Below, in pieces: positions 22,847 to 36,900 of a DNA stretch of 64,000 nt. The notes under the pieces were generated by a model that was not told the DNA's origin, made no database searches, and worked only from the letters and a program-made list of their open reading frames with translations. This stretch comes from Neodothiora populina (Eukaryota), in the NCBI RefSeq assembly GCF_041146345.1, contig NW_027191411.1:1054001-1118000 (forward strand), read 5' to 3'. A program made the translations under genes and the position numbers. Position 1 is the first letter of the stretch, and the number at the start of each line of letters is the position of its first letter.

Positions 22847-25685
22847 CTATGCCTGTGCACCTTCCCACTCAGGGTTCTGTGAGGGAAAAAGTCAGTTCAT
22901 CAGATCGTCTGAACACACTGCTCCGGAAACAAAGCTTACCTTCTTCAAGATGACGAGTCCCTCCATGACGTTGCCCACAGCAATGTACTCCTCGTCTTCC
23001 AGCTCGGCACGCTCACCGTATCCCAAAAGAACAGGCGTGGACTGCGTCTGCCATCCAGTGATCGTCTTGGGCTTACCGGCCTGGCCGACAACGTCGACGG
23101 CTTGGCCAACCCGGACTGTAACCTGCACGGGCTTGAGGTCCTCGTCTAGCGTGACAAGGAATCTGGGGTGCATCGCCGTCACCAGAAAGTACAGCATGTA
23201 GTGAGAGTCACCCAGTACAAACGACTTGGCGTCGACGAGCGATATAAGAGTGGTCAGAAGACCGGCAGCCGACACGCGAGACAAGACACTGCGGTCGGTG
23301 TGGAAAGGATTTAGTGACATGGTGCCCTTTCCGGCGTGCAGTAGACCCTGTGCAATGCGGACCATAAACAGCGCGTTCGGATCGCGGTGATAGTACGAGG
23401 CCAATTGTCTGAGGAGCTGCGCGAGTCTGGCATTGTTGGTGCCAGCACCCAACAGACCCATTGCAAAAATGGCGTTGACAGCTACATCGTTGTCGTTGTC
23501 GTGAGAGTATCGCGAAAGCGTGTCGTAGACCTTCATCTGTGGATTGGATGGAGAAATAAGACCCATGGCCAGAGGAACAGCCTTTCGGATGTTGGCCTCG
23601 CCGTAGTGCATGAGATGTCCGAACTGGCGCAGGACCATCTCCTGGCCGACCTCCTCGCCCATGGCGACGAGCGACAGACCGAGCACGGCGTAAGTCTGCA
23701 GTAGCATGTCGCCCTCCTTGTCGTCCGAGTCACTCTCCTCGATGTGATCGTTGCAGATGTGCAAGAGCTGCTGAAGCTTCAGCACGGCACCGGTGCCTGC
23801 CCAAGCGCATATCTCGGCGAGAATGGAGGTGGGTCGAGACATGGGGTGGTCGATGGCCTTGAGTGTCTCGAGGATGACGTCGACCTCTTCTTGCTGACCA
23901 AAGTAGAGCAGGGCGAGACCGAGAGCCATGAAACGGGTCCACTTGTCCTTGAGCTGCTTGTTGCGGTCGTCGTCGAGGAAGGTCTGAATGATGGCCTCGC
24001 TGACGTCTGATTGGGCGGAACCGACGAAGATGAGACCGAGGGCGAGGGCGGCCATTGCGGACAGCTGCATGTCAAGGGATGTGTCGGTGACAAAAGGCAG
24101 GAGTAGTTCGAGAAGGTCCTCGCGGTTGGAGCCGGCGTATGCAAGACCGAGACCCATCAGAGAAGCGACTCTGACCTGCTTTGACTTGTCCGCATCGAGG
24201 TTCTCACCAAGAAGAGCGAATGCAGGGTCATTCTCGCTGCGCACACCAGAGCTGATGATACCGGTGGCGAGGGCGGCTCCAGCCTTGATGGGCTCCTCAG
24301 AGGCATATGTGTAGGTATCGATCTTGTCGATGCCCTCGTCGATGTTCCACAACTGAAGAAGACCCATCGAGGCGGCCGTGGACAGCATGCCGTCGTCCTT
24401 GGTCCTCCACACCCAGCTGCCCTTGAGGTTGTTCTCGACAAGCATGAGCTTGTCAGAGCCGAACCCTGCGTTGACAAAGGCGTTGACAAAGGCGCTGGCG
24501 AGATTGTGTCTGGCAGAGTCGGTGTTTGTCAGACCGGCAGTCCTGCTGGACTCGAGATGCGACTTGTAAATGTCTTCGGGCAGCTTGGGGTCGAGGATGT
24601 TGAGCTCCTTGGCCAGTGACTTGAAGTGATCGGGGAGCTTTGTGTTGTTGAGGCATTCCTGCAGCTCTGGGTCTTGTTCCGACTCTTCCTCCGACAGGTC
24701 AATGGGAATGCTGGAGCGAGCCAAGATAAAGGCCAGTTGTCGGCGAAGGGTCTTGTCTTTTGTGCAGTCGAAGTCTTGCTTGATGAGAGCGTTGTCGTTG
24801 AGTCTGATGGCGATGGTGATGGCGTGGGTGATTTGGTTGTATTTGCGGTAGATGTCGTGTGCGGTGCGCAGAAGACGATCGTTGTCGGGGTAGGTCAGGA
24901 GAGGCACGAGGCTGACCATGTAGAGACAGACTCGGGCATATGTGTTCTCGTCGACGTGGTTGACAAGCTCCTCGATCATCTCGAGCTCGCTCAGGAGATC
25001 GACGGCGTCGGCCTCTGCGTTGTGCTTGAGGAAGAAGGGAATGAGAGAAAGGGCGAGGGCGTTGAGGTCTTCGGTGTCCTGATCGTCGTTCATTCTCTTC
25101 TGGAAATCCGTGCCGATCTCGAGGGCAAGGTGGCGCATGTACTCGTGGCCCCATGATCCCAGATCTTCCGACGGGGCGAGCAGGCGGTACTTGAGCGTGT
25201 CTGTTCGCTCTTCGTCTGCGTATGTCATGCCGAGCACGGACAAGGTGTCTGCGAGCGAGTTCTTGTCGTCTCCCGCCGGCCACGACTCGTAGATCTGGGT
25301 GAGCTTCTCATAGTGCGGTCGGAGAAACTTGAGAGGCTTGGGAACAGCGGTCATGGACGAGGTCGACGTCTTGATGGATGTCTTGATGGCCTCGAGCGCC
25401 GCCTTGTACAGGGACTTGTCGCTCTCCCCTAACCGTTCAACGAGCATGTCCAGCTCATCCTTGAGCTTCTGGTCCTCCTCGCTAAGCTCCTCTGTGCCCT
25501 TTGGTCAGTTGCTTTTCTTATGCAGAAGCGAAGGGAATCAACGCACCTGCTGGAAGATCCGTCTTCTTGCCGTCCGCCGTCGTCTTCTCGGTTGAGTCCT
25601 TTGCGCCATCGACTCCCTCCGTTGTCTCGTCTTTGACTGGCTCCTTTCCCTTGGCCTTTTCGGTGGGTAGATTGTCGTTTGCCAT
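22847..25685 (-). CDS. RPN1: 26S proteasome regulatory base subunit Rpn1
   Basis: Introns 25492-25546 and 22877-22939. STSSMTAVPKPLKFLRPHY, PC repeats, VRVGQAVDVVGQAGKPKTITGWQTQSTPVLL. Last exon NPEWEGAQA*. Confidence 0.97.
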
Positions 25686-26198
25686 GTCGAAAGCTGGTCG
25701 TTGCCGAGTGGCAATCTAGATGAAGGGTGGATGAAGTGTGTGTTGCGTTGCTGGTGTTGCTTGTCAAGCGGCGGCGAATGTCGAGATGACGAAAGCAGCC
25801 TTTTATCTGCGAGCGCGAACTGTGGTCGAGGCGATGACGAGTCCGTGTAGAAGCAGAGACAAGCAGACACTTTGATGATGATGATGAAGATGGTGATGAT
25901 GATGGTAGATTGACAATTATAATAGTTGAAAGGTACTGATACAGTAGTAGCTTCCACTTCTACCTACAACTGTCGCTCTTGCTGTAATTGTAACTGCACC
26001 TGCCTGCCCTGCACTGTTCAGAGCAACGCCAAGTCGTGCCAAGCAATCGTCATGTCCCTCGCAGCTGCTCCATTCGGACTTTGCCCGCAAAACCTCCGAG
26101 GACTTTTATCCTTTTTATTATTTCCTTGATTCGAAGCAATCCGCCAGTCCAATATAATAGATATCCAACTAAAACTCCAGTGAGAAGCGCACCTCATC

Positions 26199-27670
26199 AT
26201 GAAGTTGGACACTCGTGCCATTCGCTACCTCACCCCCGAGGACTGGCGTGTCCTGACTGCGGTAGGTCTTTAAAAGTCATTTTGCAATATCTTTCATGCG
26301 ACTGACGACTGATTAAAAGAAACGCATAGGTTGAGATGGGCAGCAAGAACCATGAGGTCGTCCCCACCCCACTGATCCAAACCCTTTCTGGTCCCAAGAT
26401 TGGAACCAGTGTGCATAGATCAATCTCCGCTCTGGCAAAGGTTGGCCTGATCGCCAAAGTCAAGAATGCCAGTTACGACGGATATCGTCTGACCTACGGT
26501 GGACTCGACTATCTTTCCCTCAACACCCACCGCAAAGCCGACCATGTCTTCTCCCTCGGCAACCAGATTGGTGTTGGAAAGGAGAGCGACATCTATGTCG
26601 TTGCGAACCCTCAGGGTCGCAAGTGCGTCCTGAAGATCCACCGTCTCGGCAGAATCAGTTTCAGAACAGTCAAGGCCAACCGAGATTATCTGCGCAATCG
26701 CAACTCCGGCTCCTGGATGTACCTGAGTAGATTGGCCGCCCAGAAAGAGTATGCTTTCATGCAGGTCCTGCGTCGCGAGGGGTTTCCCGTCCCCGAGCCC
26801 ATTGCCCAGAGCAGACACACTCTCGTCATGGAGTTCATCGATTCTTTTCCTCTACGCCAGATTGACGAGGTCGCCGATCCTGCTGCTCTCTACAGCGATC
26901 TCATGGACATGATCGTACGGCTTGCAAGAGTTGGACTTATACACGGTGACTTCAATGAGTTCAACCTTCTCATTCGCGAGGAACAGGTTCACAGCGGTCC
27001 CGAGTCTACACAGTCTTCCACCACTGGCACGGAACAAGAGCCAGAGGAGATGAAGCCCAAACTTATGCACAACACCACAAAGGAAGAACAAGCCTCTGGT
27101 CAGGTCCGACTCACACCAATCCTCATCGATTTCCCGCAGATGTTGTCCACCACGCATGTAAATGCAAAGTACTACTTCGACCGCGACGTCGACTGTATCA
27201 GGCGCTTCTTCGCGAGACGCTTCAAATACGAGACCGACGAAGAGGGTCCACACTTCGCTGATGCCATCAAAGACTCCGACAAGGGCAAGAGGCTAGATGT
27301 AGAGGTCGAGGCTACAGGCTTCTCTCGTAGAATGGCGAAAGAGTTGGATAGGTACATTGAAGCCGTAGGCCGTCCGGAAGAAACCGAGCAAGACGCAGCC
27401 GACGACGTCGAGTACGAAGACGATAACGATGACCCTTACGAGCAAGAGGAGAGAGGAGAAGGACTCGAGACCGACGAGCTGCAAGATGAGCAAGTCGACG
27501 ACTCAAAGCTAGCTGAAGAGATTGGCAGTCTTGGTCTAGAGGACCCAAAGCAACAGCCGACCAGAGATGATGCAGATGATGGACTGATTCCTGTCGAGCT
27601 ACCAAAGGAGCCCGCGGTTGTGGCTCAGGAGAAAAAGTCCAAAAAGAAGGCCGCTGGATGGTCCATCTAG
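26199..27670 (+). CDS. RIO2: Atypical serine kinase Rio2 (40S maturation)
   Basis: Exon 1 MKLDTRAIRYLTPEDWRVLTA, intron 26262-26329, then VEMGSKNHEVVP, YDGYRLTYGGLDYL, GVGKESDI, IHGDFNEFN and IDFPQM. Confidence 0.96.
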
Positions 27671-28809
27671 TGTCTCGCCATAACCAATACAATGTTCACA
27701 TAATGATACCCCAGAAATTCAGAGACATGTCCTTTCGTGATCAGCCCAGCCTGCATGTGCAGTGAATGACAGACGTTTTGATGTTGACCGATCAGGAAAA
27801 GTCACGAGAGACAGATGATCACGCAACTTGGTTCTGCTTTCGCTTTCACGTTTGCACATCTACAGGACATATCGATGACGGACGTGGTGATGTCGAGAGC
27901 TGCATGAGATCGTCGTCTTTTGATGCGGATCCAATAGATGTTGATACTGGCTCGATCGGATGGTGCCATTCCTTGGTGATATGCAGTGTCAGCGCTGCCA
28001 AGCTCAAGTTGGCCATTGCTGAGGTGACGGGGATAGGCGTTAGATGCACAGATACCTATTGTGTACTTGTACTGCATGTTTCTTGCATTCCTTTCGCAAT
28101 TGATCCCAGATTGTGATCATGCACAAGGCAGCAGTGATGGCCGTCGCAGCCCAGATGTCTGTCTCACGTGCAAGACCACGAATCTGATTCGAATGAGTAC
28201 CACAGATCGTTTGGCTCCCTGTGGTGACGGGGCAACTCAACGGCAAAAGATTGACCACAAATGCCTATGTGTTTACTTACCTTACCGCTCAACAATGCTG
28301 ATAAGCATGAGATAGAGGCGCGGAGGAGCGTCCGCACTTTCCCCATTCAAGATATAGTCCGCGCTACAGTGCTTCATGACCAACTCACCCACTGACGGGC
28401 AAATTATGGGCATTATTCATCCACAGATGTGAGGCTGGCTATTGACTTCTTCGTTAAGCCGCCCCGCCCCGCCCGCGGAAAGCACGTGTGGCAGCAAGCC
28501 AGCTCCACAATGGAGAGAGAGTGAGAGCAGACGCTGAACGAAGGTAACATTACGAGCCCACCCTTGGCTTAGAAATCCACTACAAGTAGGAATATCCCCC
28601 GGCTGAGGTGGTTATTACGTCGTTTTAGCACATCCGAAGGCGCAGCCGTGTAGAGTCGCCAGTTCGCCAGTGACGAAAGGCTCAGACCCTCCCACCCTCG
28701 AACCTCTTAGTTTGGCACAGCGCGTACCTTACCTTTCCTTCTTCCATGGTCTATTTCCGGAAAGTCTTGAGCCTTTTACATTTACTGTAAAGAGACCTCG
28801 CTCTGCTCC

Positions 28810-28840
<31 letters not shown>

Positions 28841-29492
28841 GTACTTGTACCTTACTCGTCAACGTCAGTCGATAATACGCGTGCCTCTTGTGCCTGTGCC
28901 TGTGCCTCAGCCGAAAGCTGTTGGAGAGGCCAAGACAATTCAGGTTATTTACAATTGCCGATTAAACCACGAATACAGTACAATCGCGTGTGTGCAGAGT
29001 TCCACTTGGTTTTGCGAGAAGCCCGAAGCCGCTTTCTTTCTTCCGCTCACACTCTTGTCCCCACCCATACCTGTTACTATTGTACAAGTACAAGCACTCC
29101 ATCAATCACACATCCCTTTTTGACTAAAGTCTCCACAACACAACAAGTTGGGGCACGCCATCTTTCGTCACACAAACCACATTTTATCTATTGAATATTC
29201 ACACAATTCCATCCGCGACCCTTCGCCCTTGGGGTATGGCTAAGCTTGCGCCGAGCCAAAGTATCCGGTGATCCCCTCGTTCTGGCCCGCCAGCCGTACA
29301 ATAATACATCGTCGTGCGTTTTCCGACCTGATAACAATTCAAACCACCACGGGCAGCACAGGTCGCTGTGGCAATTGATTTGCATCCAACAACGACGAGT
29401 CGTCGTCGTCGCCATCGCCTTCGCCGTGTCCAGACGCGGTCCATCAGCCAACTCGTCGCTTCCACTTCGGTTCACTCAGCGTCACAGCCGGA

Positions 29493-31567
29493 ATGCCTGG
29501 CACGGATAAACGCACCTTCAGCGGGGTGTCGAACAAGAATGTCCAACATGGTCCCAACAGCCAAGTTGGTCAGAAGCTCAAGAACTTCTTCCGCATCAAC
29601 TCCTTCTCCACCTCCAAAGATGCTCTCGTCACGTCGGAAAAGACTAGTTCCGAGAGGGGGAAGCCCTCACCTGGACGGCTCGTCGACCCCGACTGGCTCA
29701 GTCGAGAAGCACAAAGTGAGGAACAGCAGGTTTCTACCGCACATTGGTCGTAATCGCAGTCACACTGTCGCCAGTGAAGGCAATGCCCTCGATGATGCCA
29801 TGAGTCCCACCGCCCAAGCGAATCCATATTTCATCCACCAAGGCCCGCCTGCCATACGGCATCACGACGTGGACAGTGTACCGCCTTCTCCTCCGGACAC
29901 GCCCATCAAGAAAGCTGGCAATGGACAAGAGGACGCCGCCGCCTTGGCAAGCAAGGAAGAGCTGGCTAGGAAATTGAGACGAGTCGCGAGTGCACCCAAT
30001 GCACAAGGTCTATTCAACAAATCGGGTGGCAAGGACGAGAGGCCGACGACAGGCGAACTCGAGATGCCGCCATCGCTGGCTCAGACTCACTCGAATCTTT
30101 CAGCTCAATCGATGCTGGAGACAGTCCCCATGAGCAGTTCACCAGACTTGCTGCCCATACCCGGCGTTCCCAACATCGGCAAGATCAGGAGCGCCGCTGC
30201 CTTCAGAAGGACATATAGCAGCAACAGCATCAAAGTCAGAAACGTCGAGGTCGGCCCGGGCAGTTTTGATAAAATTAAGTTGATTGGCAAGGGCGATGTC
30301 GGTAAAGTGTACCTCGTGAGAGAGAAGAAAAGCTCACGGCTATATGCCATGAAAGGCGAGTCCACTTGTCTGCGTACCATCGAGAAATGATTTGTTAACT
30401 GTTTCCAGTCCTGAGCAAGAAAGAAATGATCAAACGCAATAAGATCAAGCGTGCTCTTGCCGAGCAAGAGATTCTCGCAACGAGTAACCATCCATTCATT
30501 GTCACCCTCTATCACTCATTCCAGTCAGAAGACCATCTATATCTCTGCATGGAGTACTGCAGTGGTGGCGAATTCTTCCGCGCCCTGCAGACCCGTCCTA
30601 ACAAATGTGTCGACGAAGATGCGGCTCGCTTCTACGCAGCCGAGGTCACTGCCGCGCTCGAGTACCTGCATCTCATGGGCTTCATCTATCGTGATTTGAA
30701 GCCCGAGAATATCCTCCTCCATCAATCTGGACATATCATGCTTTCGGACTTTGACCTGAGCAAGCAGTCCGACCCGGGCGGTGTGCCGACCATGATCATG
30801 GGATCTCGCAACGGTGTCTCCTCGCACCCTCATAACACCCCCGTCATTGATACCAAATCATGTATCAATAACTTCCGTACCAATAGCTTCGTCGGTACTG
30901 AAGAGTACATTGCTCCGGAGGTGATCAAGGGATGCGGACACACCAGTGCTGTTGATTGGTGGACCCTCGGTATCTTGATCTATGAGATGCTCTACGGCAC
31001 AACTCCCTTTAAAGGAAAGAATCGAAACGCTACATTTGCAAACATCCTCAGGGACGAAGTGCCATTCCCCGAAGGCTCAGGATCACCTAATGTGTCCAAG
31101 TAAGTTATCCTATTGTGGCAATCCCTCGTTTCAATCAACGCTAATTTCTATCACCCAGCCTTTGCAAATCTCTTGTCCGTAAACTACTCATCAAGGATGA
31201 GCTCCGCCGTCTTGGCTCGCGTGCTGGTGCTTCAGACGTCAAGTCTCACCCTTTCTTCCGTACTACATCTTGGGCACTTCTGCGACATCAGAAGCCCCCA
31301 ATCATCCCCACACAGGGCCGTGGCGTCGACACGGTCAATTTCCGGAATGTGAGAGAATCGCATTCGATCGACTTGGAGAACACAAAGTCCAACGGAGTCA
31401 ACAAGGGTTTCATGCCTAGCAGTGGTCTCAAAGGCGTGCCACTTGACTCTGGTCTGGCCACTCCTGGTGGAGAATTGGCGGATCCGTTCGAGGAGTTCAA
31501 CTCTGTCACTCTACACCACGACGGTGATGATCAAGGTCAGTTTGCTATGGATGATATGAACCGGTAG
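29493..31567 (+). CDS. nrc-2: AGC kinase NRC-2 / Kin82-Fpk1 family (flippase kinase); apparent +1 frameshift near 29656-29660
   Basis: [67 protein letters not shown] and [11 protein letters not shown]. Introns 30356-30408 (GC-AG) and 31100-31158. Confidence 0.93.
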
Positions 31568-32702
31568 TACGGCGCCAAATCATCTTCATTGGCCCAGTCC
31601 TTCGAATCTTCGTCCTTTAGAAAGTCAAGCATATTAGCAACAGGGAGGAGCTTATTCCATGGAGACATTGCTATCGAGAGTCGCAAGAAACAGGATCAAT
31701 GGAAAAGTCTGAGTCTGCCCAGCCGAAAAGGTAGGGGTGTCAATGGCTCGGACACAAGAAGTTATTCACGGATGAGCATGAGAAGTCTGAAGAACAACAC
31801 GGGCATACGCGGGTAGAAGTCAAGGGCGAGTGGTGAGGAAGGCGAGTACGAGGCACAACGAAGATCATGATGACAATTTTTTTTGCTTTGCGACCGAGAA
31901 CATTATTGTTCTCCTACACAGACAGAAAGCGAAATGGTTCCAGCAGAAGGATGATGATGGCCCGTCACGAAAACAAAGTCTTTGCTTTTTCTTGTTCCAA
32001 CCAACCGAGGGGGGCTCACATTGCATACCACCAGCTGCCACTGCTACCGGTTCTGGTGCTGTTTCTTCTGTTCTGTACATTGGAGTTTTTCGTTTCGAAC
32101 ACGTTCCTCTTCTCTCGAGGGAATACAAATAGGGTGGCTGGTGCAAGAGCATGGGGTTAGGTGTTGAGGATTTCTGCTTCGTTAATCAAAGCTTCGTTTG
32201 GTCCTTTGCTTGTTGCCTTGCGTTCTGAATTTGTCGATATGTATGATGCTTGCTCTCGAACTTCGAATTCCTGTTCTTGATAGCGTTTCTTTTCCTTTGC
32301 TGAATTGTCCAAGTTCTAGTTGGACAGACATTTCACAGTCACAGTAGACAAGCCCTGCAACATGTGCAGTGGAACTTGTGGTTCCTGCGAAGGTCTTGGC
32401 AACCCCCGGAAACATGTGTGCGCCAAGGGTTTAGCTACATGTCCTATGTACTTGACCTACCGATCATATCAAATAGCATTTGATCCATGAATCTGGACTA
32501 AGGTACCCTTGTAAACACAGCGACATTCATTGACCAGTACTTCAAGAGCCTCTGTCATATTCACTTGTCGCATAAAGAAAACCAATCCCTGGACTCTTCT
32601 CTGTTCGTTACCCTTCATTACTCGAAGGGCTCTTGCCTGTTTTTCCACTTTGTTTACTTGACTACCACAGACCCGCCGACCCTGTGTGGTGAAAGACAAG
32701 CA

Positions 32703-33381
32703 ATGGCCGCTTACCCTTCCTCCACGCAAGATCTCGGTGCCAGTAGCGGAAGTCTAGTCGGCGGTGGTGGTTCAGCAGAAGAGACGCTTTCGCCGCTGGA
32801 ACAGGAGGTTCTGGACGAGTATGCGCGGTTGGCTGGTAATCTGGAAGATGTGAGTTTCATTTCACTTGTTTTCGCCCGTCATGTTTTTTGTGCTGCTCGA
32901 CTGCGATTTTTAAATGGCCGGATTACGCCAACTTTCCATGTTTAGTCTGGAATGGATGCGCGGACGAGGACTGGCTCTCTTCGGAGGGGTTTACGTTTCT
33001 CTTGCTTGTGTTGCATCCCACGCACGCGATCACGAAGACCTGTCGCGTCACTTGCTTCGCACTTCATCCTTATCGGATCATGAGAGCAGGAAGGAGATGA
33101 ACCTCCCTCTACGTTGCTCCTGGTTCACGGACTTTGCACGTTGATCTATACTTGACATGGTGTGATTTATGTTTGCTGATGATGTACCCTAATAGCTATC
33201 AACACTCCTAGCAGATCTCGCCTCGAAGCCATCGGTCGAAATCCTGGATGCGTTGAGAGGACTAGAACGCAAGACTAGCACAGTCTTCACCCTGCTGAAA
33301 GCCAGTGTTTACTCCATTGTGCTCCAACAGGAAATCAGAGAGGACGGAGATGACCCAAATCAACACGACGCATATGATTGA
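32703..33381 (+). CDS. DAD3: DASH/Dam1 kinetochore complex subunit Dad3
   Basis: LSPLEQEVLDEYARLAGNLED, intron 32850-33195, then LSTLLADL..ILDALRGLERKTSTVFTLLKASVYSIVLQQ. Confidence 0.93.
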
Positions 33382-33976
33382 TCAAAGGACTCGAAATGCT
33401 CAGTCCGACCATCTGTCTCGAACGCAAAGATACACATGTTATGTGTATGAGGGACGCGCCGCGTCAAAATGCCCTGAACACGATATCGCGACGCCGTCAC
33501 TTCGCTTTGCTTATTGTTCTAACAGCTACCTGCTCCATTACAGCCTAGTCCGACGTCAGATTTGAACTCTAAGATCTCGAGAAGCTTTAATATTCGTTGA
33601 TTGAAACAGTCCGTTATTGAACTCTGCTCGCGCGCTCCTGCACTGGAATTGCCAAAAGCGGGTTAGCTGGAACGACGCTATGACCACTCAAAAATCGAAA
33701 ACCGAATCATCGACATCATTTACAGTACTTACTCGCACTGCTGTCCCTGAACATATATGATGCGCATGGTGTTTCTGCCGTATGCAGTGGTCGAAATCTG
33801 AATTGTAGTAGTCTCTACTTTCTTTCTTATCTTTCTTCGTGCTGCGGCAACAAGTTCTCGAGCACCTATGCAGTGATTCACATCCATCTCAAATATCTAG
33901 ATTTTTATTTCTCTGGATTCGGCGGAAAGAAGTTGTAATATCCAGTCATTCGATCGAATAATAATTTCCGTTCAAC

Positions 33977-36900
33977 ATGGGCTCGTCGCCAAACTTGGAC
34001 GGTCAGGTCCAAGTAGCAAGTGATGAGAAGAACCTACCCATCAACCAACCCTCACGCCCCCAGAAATCAAAGTCGAAATCAAAATCGAACACCCCGGCCA
34101 CCACTAAGACTGACGAGTTCATCATGGATACGAATAACAGCAGTATTGTGTCCAAACGCTCGGTCGAAAAGCTCTACTATCCTGGCCAAAAGGAGTACTT
34201 CCGGTACTTTGTGCGCAAGTTCCAGCGACGCAGTCCGCTGATCAATCGAGGGTATTGGTTGCGCATGAAGGCTGTCGATTCAGTCGTCCGACCTTTCCTG
34301 AGCGAGAATCCTGGCAAGAAGAAGATTGTGGTCAATCTGGGATGTGGATAGTGAGTCTCTACTTGTGTTGTGCATATCGCCCCTTGGCGATATCCTTGAG
34401 AAATATATCCTATCTTTGCGCCTTTCAAGAAATGTCTGTTTGCAGTGGTGTAATGTGTGTTGCGGTCGTCACCCCAATACTGACGAAGGCGTCCAGTGAT
34501 CCGAATCCATTTGAGTATCTTGGACGAAGCCCAGAGCTTTGTGACGACGTTACTTTCGTTGATGTCGATTACCCTCAGCTCATGCGAAAGAAGCATGAGA
34601 TGATTACGAGTAACGCTCCACTGATCGACTTGGTCTCAGACTTGGAACTTCAGCCTGCCGGAAGTACAGTGATCGCCCGATCGAAGAAGTATCTGGCCAT
34701 TGGTTGTGACTTACGCGAGCTCGAGGAACTCGAGAATGTGCTACGGCAAGAATTCAATATGGCGAATGAGCCAGTTTCTATTCTCTTTACTGCCGAAGTT
34801 TCCGTTGCATACATGACACGGGAAACGTCAAATGCCGTCTTCAAATGGGCATCTACCTTTGAGGATGTCAAGTTCTGTTTACTCGAGCAACAGATTCCCG
34901 ACGGCCGTGATCATCCCTTCGCAGTGACAATGTTGAAGCATTTTGTCAAGTTGAACACACCATTGCATTCCGTAGGAACCATGGATCAGATGCGCGAGAG
35001 ATTTGAGCATGCTGGATGGCCTGTTTCCGGAATCAGTATCCGCTCGTTGTGGGAACTGTGGGCGGATTCGAAATTCCTCAGCCCGCAAGAAAGGATGGAC
35101 TTGGACAAGATCGAGCCTTTCGATGAATGGGAGGAGTTCGCGTTGTTTGGCTCTCACTACTTCTTACTCGTCTCGCAGAAGGGCTCAGAGCTGACTGATG
35201 CCGCGGAGTCCGAGACTTCTGGGAAAGCAGATCCGATTTCCTCTGCAGAGGCTGCCGATGGACCACGAGATGAGGGACATGAGCAGACCTACAGAAGCCT
35301 CCCGTTCCAAAGCAAGCCTTCACATCGTCGTTTCGCGGCCACCCTGCCTTCTGACAGGAAGGGAACCATAATCGATAAAGTTGCTGTGCATGGTGGTATG
35401 GGCACACGCGAACGCCTCAACAATTGCGATACATATACTATCGATGACGGTTCAACAGAACTGACACCTCCTCCACTACCATCGGGGTTAATGTGCCATA
35501 CAATCACAACGATAGACGGCAGTGATTGTCTCTTGATCGGAGGACGAACATCTCCAGACAAGGTCAGCTCGTCTTGCTGGTATCGCAAGAATGGCGAGTG
35601 GAGTAAAGTGCACGACCTACCACAAGGAAGATACCGCCATTGCGCCATCGCAGTCGAAGATCTACCCGAGATCCCTCAAGGCATCATCGTCTTTGGCGGA
35701 AAGAATGCACAAGGTAAAGCCCTGAACGATTGGCTACTTTGGCAACCCAAGGAAGGATGGACAAAACTCGAATCTGTTTACCCGGATCTGGCACCTCACC
35801 ATATAGAACCTCGATTCGGCGCTGCTATGACCCTTTTATACAAGCAGGCGGAACGAGGATTCTTGACAGGAGGTCTAAAACAAGATGGCACAATTGTCAA
35901 TGACTTTTGGGTGTTCGAGCTGCGAATTGCAGACGGTAGAATAGTGGTCACACTGGAGAATTGTACCAACCAAATGCATGAGGTGTTGGACGGAGACAAG
36001 GGCTGCCTTGGCCGCTTCGGCGCACTTTTCGTTTCTACCCAGACATCTCATCTACTTATCGGAGGTGTGGCAGCTGACAATCTGCTCGATCGAAAGCACG
36101 AAATTCTTGACGTCGACAACAGAAGATTCGTCGAAATTGAAGCTTGGCACCGACCATTGCTTACAGGGTTCGCTGCTGTGGGTTTAGGAAATGAGTCAAA
36201 GGACACAGCCGAGTAAGTTTGCACAATCATATAGAGCATCTTAGAAATCATGCTGACTTAGGAATAGTGACATTCTGATCCTGGGAGGAGGTGCCACGGC
36301 ATTCTCATTTGGTACAAGCTGGAACGATGGCTGTCTCCTGCGGCTGGGCGCTTCTGAGCATGATACAGTCGACTGGCGACTACTTTCGCCAGAACAAGCC
36401 GCGGACTATGGAAAGGCAAAAGCCACTAATGGACAATTCGAGATGCCATCTCAGCTTAGTCAAGCAGACCAACCCAAACCCCCGGCGACCAAGGGAAAGC
36501 AAGTTTCTATTCCACGAAAGACAATTGAGAGTGCCGCAGATTTCGAACTTGTCCGGAACGAAGGTCGACCTGTCATATTGTGTGGTGTGGATCTCGGGTC
36601 TTGTACATTGACCTGGACGAATGATTATCTCAAGTCTAAGGTCGGCGAGACAAGAGACGTAGTGGTACATTCATCCCCGACACCACACATGACCTTCCAG
36701 AAGAAGAACTTCAAATACATTACACAGCCATTCGGATCCTTCATCAACGCCGCAAGCAATGGGGAGCATTTGTATCTTCGCGCGCTATCGAGCGAAAAAC
36801 CATCAGACAAACCCACCAACCTGGCCGAAGACTTCCCATCCATCTCAGACGACTTCAGCCTCCCTGAATCTCTACAATACGCGCAAAAGAATATGCACAG

